Of a DNA stretch of 64,000 nucleotides, positions 58,315 through 64,000 are shown in pieces. Numbering within the stretch: the stretch's first letter is position 1; the number at the start of each line of letters is the position of its first letter. Where the stretch lies: IMG/VR virus record IMGVR_UViG_3300028048_003161; one strand, written 5' to 3'. Both the position numbers and the translations under genes were made by a program. The stretch comes from a virus. Lineage: Duplodnaviria > Caudoviricetes. The notes beneath the pieces were generated by a model. The model worked only from the letters and a program-made list of their open reading frames with translations. It did not search any database and was not told the DNA's origin.

Positions 58315-59292
58315 ATGAGACTTAGGGTTCATAGCAGTAAGAAAGTAAAAACTACAGAGAAACAAAAGAAGATCAACAGTGAGAAAAAGGCTAAAGGGCC
58401 TAAGATTTCTAAGAACTACAGGGATATTTCAATCCCTGTGGCATCTGGAAATGGAGAGGTCAAGGCTGATTTAACACAGCTAACATATGGAATGATTGAT
58501 AACTGCGACTTGATTTCTGTTTATACAGAGGATGGAACAGTTGAACTTACAGGAAGTTGGATTGAACTTATTATTTCAATGATGGACACTATAATTAGTG
58601 ATAATCCTGATAAGTTTAGAGAGATCTTCATGGAAAACGAAGTAACAAGTCCAGAAATGAATGTAGACAGCACTTATGGAAAGTACACATTTGACTCAAG
58701 AGAGCAGTACAAAGTTTATAGTATCTACAACTCGGGTTATTATTTAGAAGCAATATTTAATAATTCGAATATCTTTTCAGCAATTGTAGGTCTCACTAAG
58801 GCTTTGAGGATACCACTTAATTTAATTAAGTTCAACATGGTATTAAAGGGAGCAGATTTGAGTAAACTTGGTACTGACATTATTGAAGATAATAGCAGAC
58901 AGGTGGATGTAGATGATATAAACATTGTTGCTAGAAATGGTGTATTTTTGAGAAAGGTATCAATACTTGGTATTGTTGTTGATGTTCGTAGGTTAGATGT
59001 TGCACTCCTTATTGTTTTGAAAATAATCAGTAAGGTTTATGGAGATACATTATTTGATGATTTGCAGACAGTAGGAAATACAGGAATATGCAAGGAAAGT
59101 GATTGTATTGAGGATAAATATGAAAAGATAGACAATACAGATTATGTGGTTTATACAGATGGAAACGTGAATGACATAACCGATATGCTCATACAGATAA
59201 GAAATGCACTGGCACTAGACAGTGACCTGTTTAATTTCACAATAAGGACACTTAAGAAAAAGAGTGAACTTAAGGAATATGAAGTAGACTAA
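58315..59292 (+). CDS. Hypothetical protein
   Basis: 325 aa ORF. Confidence 0.7.
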   Translation: MRLRVHSSKKVKTTEKQKKINSEKKAKGPKISKNYRDISIPVASGNGEVKADLTQLTYGMIDNCDLISVYTEDGTVELTGSWIELIISMMDTIISDNPDKFREIFMENEVTSPEMNVDSTYGKYTFDSREQYKVYSIYNSGYYLEAIFNNSNIFSAIVGLTKALRIPLNLIKFNMVLKGADLSKLGTDIIEDNSRQVDVDDINIVARNGVFLRKVSILGIVVDVRRLDVALLIVLKIISKVYGDTLFDDLQTVGNTGICKESDCIEDKYEKIDNTDYVVYTDGNVNDITDMLIQIRNALALDSDLFNFTIRTLKKKSELKEYEVD

Positions 59293-59331
59293 AGAGAGGC
59301 AGTTAGAAAGAAGAGGAGGCATTGATAGAAA

Positions 59332-60933
59332 ATGTATAAGATCAATTCAAAAGTTGACAAGCCTGACATTGGTAACATGTCCATTACAATTGATAAGATG
59401 ATGCGTCGTGGAGTAAGAATCAACATTAACAAATGTCAGAATCTTCGTGACTATTATCTGAACTTGATGAATGTGTTAAAAGAGGACTTTGCTACAAAAT
59501 ATGGTGTATCAAATCCTAATAGTAGTAATCAGTTGGTTGCTTATTTGAGCAGTAAGGCAGATGAGGTAAGCCTTGGTGTCAAGAATGACATTCTGAATAT
59601 ATGTTATGACGGCGAGACAGGTAAGTGGACAACTAACAAGGAGGCAATGCATAAGTTGTCAGACTTGGGGTATGCTTTCGCTCAGGATTTATTGGATTAC
59701 AGGGCAGCTAAAAAATATGCAGAGACACTTAATATGTTGTGTGCATTCTCTGATGAAGGTGGTTTAGTGCATCCTAGAATCACATTGGGCAAGACAAATA
59801 GAGTAAACTACTCTGATCCTGCACTTATGACAATTCCAAAGACATTGTTATGGGATGTAATTACATCTTATGAGGATGGAAATACATTGTACAGTGTTGA
59901 TATCAAGAATCAGGAGCCTAGCATTCTGATTAACCTGACAGGGGCAGAGGAGTTATATTATGCATTGGAAAGTCCTGATGGACTTTATGAAACAATGTTT
60001 AAGCAGTGTTTCAGTCCAACTACGAAAGCAACAATTCTGGTAGATACATTGCCTGAAAATAGAGTATACAGTATTGAAGAGTTGAGAAAGCTTGGAACAG
60101 TTTCACCTGCAACATATTCAGCAATTAGACCTAATTGTGAGAATATGACAATCAATGGTAAAAAGATTGATGCAATTGAGGTTGTTTGTGCAGGCAGTGA
60201 GAAAGGTTTAAGACCTGTATTACCTGATACAGTGAAAGTAATTCTTGAGGACAGTGAGGTTTGTGATGTACCTGTAACTTGGGAGAGCTGTGACAAGAAG
60301 TATAAGAAGAGTGCAGACTATGCACTTGTTGGACACCTTGGTGGGGTTGATATGACAGTATCAAAGGCTGAACGCAATGAGTTTAAGACAGCATACTTAG
60401 CATTGTCTTACGGGGCATCTAAATTTGGAATTAAGAAAATTTGTAAAATTATTGATGGCGCTAGAGTGTATGATTACATTACAAAAATTGAGGCGATCAA
60501 GAAGTACAGGAGCATGATTACTAAGTACAGTAAAGAAGGAAATACTTGCATTGGTACAACATTTGGTACAATGCTGGATGTTGGTGAGATTGATAATGAG
60601 AGAGCAAAGATTAGAACAATGCTGGACTTACCTATTCAGGGTACAGGCGCTGATATTTTAAGCCTACTCATTAAGAGGTTTGAAACATACACTCAGGAGC
60701 ATGGACTTGCAGAGTATATGAGTTTATACTTCACTAGACATGATGAGTTAGTCATTGAGGTTAAGAAAGAGTATTGTGATAAGACATCAGAGGATGAAAT
60801 CAGTAACATCTTAACAGATATGATTGCATATCAGATTGATGATTGGGTACCTGCAAAAGTAGAGGTTAAGAAGCTGAATAACAATGAGAGCATTGATGTT
60901 CAGAGAGGATTTGCATCTGAAGATGAGGACTAA
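59332..60933 (+). CDS. Family A DNA polymerase, polymerase domain only
   Basis: NPNS..QL, TNR..YSDP.L..IP, motif A VDIKNQE, motif B RNEFKTAYLALSYG, IQGTGADI, motif C RHDEL. Confidence 0.9.
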   Translation: MYKINSKVDKPDIGNMSITIDKMMRRGVRININKCQNLRDYYLNLMNVLKEDFATKYGVSNPNSSNQLVAYLSSKADEVSLGVKNDILNICYDGETGKWTTNKEAMHKLSDLGYAFAQDLLDYRAAKKYAETLNMLCAFSDEGGLVHPRITLGKTNRVNYSDPALMTIPKTLLWDVITSYEDGNTLYSVDIKNQEPSILINLTGAEELYYALESPDGLYETMFKQCFSPTTKATILVDTLPENRVYSIEELRKLGTVSPATYSAIRPNCENMTINGKKIDAIEVVCAGSEKGLRPVLPDTVKVILEDSEVCDVPVTWESCDKKYKKSADYALVGHLGGVDMTVSKAERNEFKTAYLALSYGASKFGIKKICKIIDGARVYDYITKIEAIKKYRSMITKYSKEGNTCIGTTFGTMLDVGEIDNERAKIRTMLDLPIQGTGADILSLLIKRFETYTQEHGLAEYMSLYFTRHDELVIEVKKEYCDKTSEDEISNILTDMIAYQIDDWVPAKVEVKKLNNNESIDVQRGFASEDED

Positions 60934-60965
60934 ACACAGGGTAGAGTAGGTGTAAAATAGTGGAG

Positions 60966-61008
60966 TAACAAAAGGACATGATTTTTATGAAAACATGTCC
61001 TTTTGTTA
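60966..61008 (+). terminator. Intrinsic terminator
   Basis: taacaaaaggacatg...catgtccttttgtta. Confidence 0.75.
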
Positions 61009-61131
61009 TACAGATTGAACACTTGGAGAAACCGGATAGACTAGTTTGCGTTTGGAATTGAGCAAAAGTATGAACTTATAAAATATAAAAAGTATATTAA
61101 ATTTTATTTATTTTGGACAGGAGATACTTAA

Positions 61132-62775
61132 ATGAAAGAGCATGGGATAAAGAAAGGAACAGCATTAGTAATTAGTCTTGGGCTTATGATTGTAATGGTA
61201 ATTAGCAGTTTAGCAGGATGCAGTACACTCAAGAATGAGATGTTAGACGCAATGAATAAGAAAGAGAACATTCACATGTCTGTTGCTAACGTTGGAGAGG
61301 ACAAGGACACAGAAGATGTGCAGTGGATTGAATTAGATCAGCTTACAAGTTATCCAGATATCAGAAATAAGTTTGATGATGCATTCAATACAACAAGATT
61401 TGACAAGAGTTCAAAGAATGGTTGCATTTATGTTGATACAGATGGTAACTGGTGTGGAAACAGCACATTATATAATGCTTTTATGAACAAGGTATTTGTT
61501 GAAGATCATTGGAAAGATAGCAATAATCAACATGAGATTGCAGAGGTTGCTAAGAAAGAATTCAGTGATATCAATAGTGATTACACAGGATTTATGGCAG
61601 CAACAAATGTTTATTTTAACTTGATGCCTGTGAATGAAGATGGTACATCAGGAATGAATAACAACATCAGTAGAAAAGTTGCAATGTCAGTGTTATATAA
61701 AGCTGATAACAGTGTAATGTTAAAAGATACAGATAGCAAGTTTAGTGAAGCAGTTGGAAATAGGGCAGAGGCAGTTGAAAATAGCGCAGAGGCAGTTGGA
61801 AATAATGAGAGTGGTACAGAGATTGCAGAGAATGGCACAGAAAAAGAGGTAGATGCAGTAGAAAGTACAGAGAGTGTCATAGAAAGTAATGTGAATGATG
61901 TAGGAGTAAATGAATATGACAATACAGCACAAGAGAGTGAGCAGTATTGTTATTTGCAGACAGATGATGGTTCATTAAATAGCATTACTTATAATGAGAC
62001 AATGTCAAAAGCTGAATTGATATATGCATTGGTTAATAAATATTACAGTGATGAATTAAAGAATTACAGTGGAAATGAGGAATTTACAGATTGTAAAAAT
62101 GCAGGTAACTTAATTGATAAGTTAGGTTTCAGTGGTAAATATGGTTGTAAGTCATTTACTTTAGAATATGCATTACAAAATAAAGACAGTGGACTTCCTA
62201 GTGATATGTTTAATGCAATGTGTATTGCAAAGGAACATGGGATTGTTGATGAAGAGACAGGTTGGAATGAGGGTGTTACAGGAGAGTACTTGATTGACAA
62301 GATTACAAAGACATATATGAGTTTATGTGAAAAGAAGTATTTAGTCAGTGCAAACGCTGGAGCAAACACAGGAGTTAATCTGATAGACAAGGAACTTGAG
62401 GAAGAGAAAAAGAAAGATCCAGAGGAACTTGGAGCAGTAACAGTTAAGAAAGAGAGTGATATTGATACAATTGATGGACTGCTTGATAAGTATGGAGATG
62501 AAATTGATGTTTCTGACAAGGAACTTGAGGAGGATAAGAAAGCAGCTAAGGGTGTAGACCTTGATAGTGTTGATAAGTACATGTGGGTTGATAATTGTTA
62601 CTATTTGAATATTAGAGTAGGTCCTGGAACAGAGTACAGAATAGTTAAGTCAGTACCTAAAGGAACAAAGGTACACGTGGTTGGCAAATGTAAAGACAGT
62701 GATTGGTATAGAATGATCTGTGATGGAAAGATTTGTTATCAGTATGGAATTTACCTGTCAAACAAGAAAAGTTGA
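61132..62775 (+). CDS. Lipoprotein with C-terminal SH3b domain
   Basis: LAGC lipobox; LNIRVGPGT.Y.IV..VPKGT.V.V...WY SH3b motif; internal 21-nt repeats near 61750-61805. Confidence 0.8.
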   Translation: MKEHGIKKGTALVISLGLMIVMVISSLAGCSTLKNEMLDAMNKKENIHMSVANVGEDKDTEDVQWIELDQLTSYPDIRNKFDDAFNTTRFDKSSKNGCIYVDTDGNWCGNSTLYNAFMNKVFVEDHWKDSNNQHEIAEVAKKEFSDINSDYTGFMAATNVYFNLMPVNEDGTSGMNNNISRKVAMSVLYKADNSVMLKDTDSKFSEAVGNRAEAVENSAEAVGNNESGTEIAENGTEKEVDAVESTESVIESNVNDVGVNEYDNTAQESEQYCYLQTDDGSLNSITYNETMSKAELIYALVNKYYSDELKNYSGNEEFTDCKNAGNLIDKLGFSGKYGCKSFTLEYALQNKDSGLPSDMFNAMCIAKEHGIVDEETGWNEGVTGEYLIDKITKTYMSLCEKKYLVSANAGANTGVNLIDKELEEEKKKDPEELGAVTVKKESDIDTIDGLLDKYGDEIDVSDKELEEDKKAAKGVDLDSVDKYMWVDNCYYLNIRVGPGTEYRIVKSVPKGTKVHVVGKCKDSDWYRMICDGKICYQYGIYLSNKKS

Positions 62776-62801
62776 GAGACAGTGAGTAGTTTAGATGCTA
62801 G

Positions 62802-63224
62802 CAGGTAAGAATAAGTGATGAACTTGGAAATATTAAAGAGATCATTACAAGTTTGGTTGATAAGTTTACAGAATGTACAAGTTGCATTGGTAAAGTAGTT
62901 GAAAGCAATGATTCAAATACAGAAAACATTGATGAAGTGATGAAAGCATTTGAGACATTGGATAAGGGCATTTCAAATACATCAGACATTGCAAATGAGA
63001 TCAACACAGTAATTGGAAAATCTGTACATGAGATTGAGAGTATCAACAGTCAGATTGAAGAGATTCAACGTGGGGCAGAAAGTTCAGCAGCTGCAAGCGA
63101 AGAGGTCACTGCTAGTTCAGAGGAATTGACAAGTTTAATGACTGGGGTTGGCAGTGATATGAAATTGCTCAACAGTAAAGCACAAGCATTAGTTGAGAAA
63201 TTAAACAAATTCAAAGTAAATTAA
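62802..63224 (+). pseudogene. Truncated methyl-accepting chemotaxis protein C-terminal fragment
   Basis: AESSAAASEEVTASSEEL...AQALVEKLNKFKV MCP tail; frame is closed by TAG at 62799 and lacks the conserved signalling hairpin and an RBS/ATG. Confidence 0.65.
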
Positions 63225-63240
63225 GGTAAAAGAAAAACTT

Positions 63241-63293
63241 AAAAACAACATTCATACAAGACATGATGGGCTGTGGTATGAATGTTGTTTTTT
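63241..63293 (+). terminator. Probable intrinsic terminator
   Basis: aaaacaacattcatac...gtatgaatgttgttttttt. Confidence 0.7.
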
Positions 63294-63543
63294 ATTGGTA
63301 AAATGTAGTATGCAGTGGGGTAAAAATTGATACGCAGTATATGAAGGGCATTGTTTTTTATTCAATAAAAATTTTAATGAAAATTATGGGCATTAAGTGA
63401 TAGGATTAACATAGATGGGTGGTTGGAATAACAGTGGGTAATTGTGGCATACATTGAAAGATAGATCATATACATTTTGGCATACATAGTATACTTTATG
63501 CAGCACATTGGGTTTTGGGCACAGGATTAGTAATGCATTGAAG

Positions 63544-63572
63544 TTGACAGTGGGAGGTTTATTTGGTATAAT
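63544..63572 (+). promoter_or_regulatory. Consensus SigA promoter
   Basis: TTGACA-17bp-TATAAT with TG extension. Confidence 0.8.
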
Positions 63573-63612
63573 GTTAGTATAAGGTTGAGAGATAAGAAAG
63601 GAAGGAAATGAC

Positions 63613-64000
63613 ATGGAATTATTTAGTACTGACATTGTACTTAACAGAGAAGAGACAATGAAAATTGTGAAGGACTTTATTAAGAAGGAACACGAATATG
63701 CAAGGGATGGTTTAGGATCATATACTTTAATGATGGACAGAAGTAAGAATCAGACCATCTACAATGAGAGTCCAGGAAGTACTTTGGAAAATTATGTAGG
63801 ATACTCATTAGAAAACGTAAAGACATTTGATGTGTCTGGACAACGTGAACATGAACTCTGGGCATATGAATGGGCGACATTTAAGTCAGTCATGCAAAAG
63901 TTATACAGACTTCATAGTAATCAGATGTTAGCTCTGTGTTTTAACTTCATATGTAGTACTACAGGACAGTTAGATACTGATGACAGCTTCCAGGTTGGTA
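63613..64000 (+). CDS. Hypothetical protein, 5' part (runs off the window)
   Basis: MELFSTDIVLNREETMKIVKDF... open to the window end, downstream of promoter and AAGGA RBS. Confidence 0.65.
   Translation, partial: MELFSTDIVLNREETMKIVKDFIKKEHEYARDGLGSYTLMMDRSKNQTIYNESPGSTLENYVGYSLENVKTFDVSGQREHELWAYEWATFKSVMQKLYRLHSNQMLALCFNFICSTTGQLDTDDSFQVG

Noticed and set aside
108-63880. All minus-strand ORFs in the track and short alternative-frame plus ORFs (e.g. 19458-19934, 35745-36296, 62064-62582, 19595-19972)
   Set aside because: Nearly all overlap longer motif-bearing + strand genes and are Ser/Leu/Phe-rich shadows of K/E-rich coding sequence; the few intergenic ones have no supporting motif
1-64000. 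tRNA, rRNA, IS/transposase, integrase or virion genes
   Set aside because: None recognised by eye; a covariance-model or HMM search would be needed to exclude them formally

Overview
AT-rich (roughly one-third GC by eye), strongly CpG-depleted 64 kb window. Essentially every credible gene (~65) lies on the + strand, with Firmicutes-type GGAGG ribosome-binding sites and near-consensus SigA promoters. There are no ribosomal, tRNA or core-metabolism genes and no phage capsid, terminase or tail genes. The content suggests part of a very large extrachromosomal element (megaplasmid or jumbo-phage-like) of a Clostridia/Lachnospiraceae-like host; this is inference. In order, it contains: (1) a defence block (3' end of an Eco57I-like R-M gene, McrB/McrC); (2) a ~550 bp non-coding array of ~25 degenerate GATGCA motifs phased every ~22 bp; (3) RNase HI, a HipA-like kinase pair, two ADP-ribosyltransferase-like genes, a sialyltransferase-like gene and NADAR; (4) a PC4-like ssDNA-binding protein, an NlpC/P60 hydrolase and RecJ, followed by a Tad/Flp pilus locus whose pilin-like proteins lack the canonical prepilin motif; (5) an actin-like ParM followed by a giant coiled-coil/MinD-like protein and a candidate adaptor; (6) dispersed replication enzymes (stand-alone 5'-3' exonuclease, polymerase-only family A DNA polymerase, dCMP deaminase); (7) a VWA/MoxR pair split by ~10.5 kb; (8) a compact TatA/B-TatA-TatC, Tat-signal mini-protein, Cys-rich CXXX precursor, radical SAM/SPASM maturase and accessory-protein cluster; (9) several lipoproteins. 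The strongest candidates for undescribed systems are the Tat-coupled radical SAM peptide cluster, the actin/coiled-coil-MinD/adaptor module with the phased DNA array, and the non-canonical Tad pilus. All family calls come from motif recognition by eye; no searches were run.
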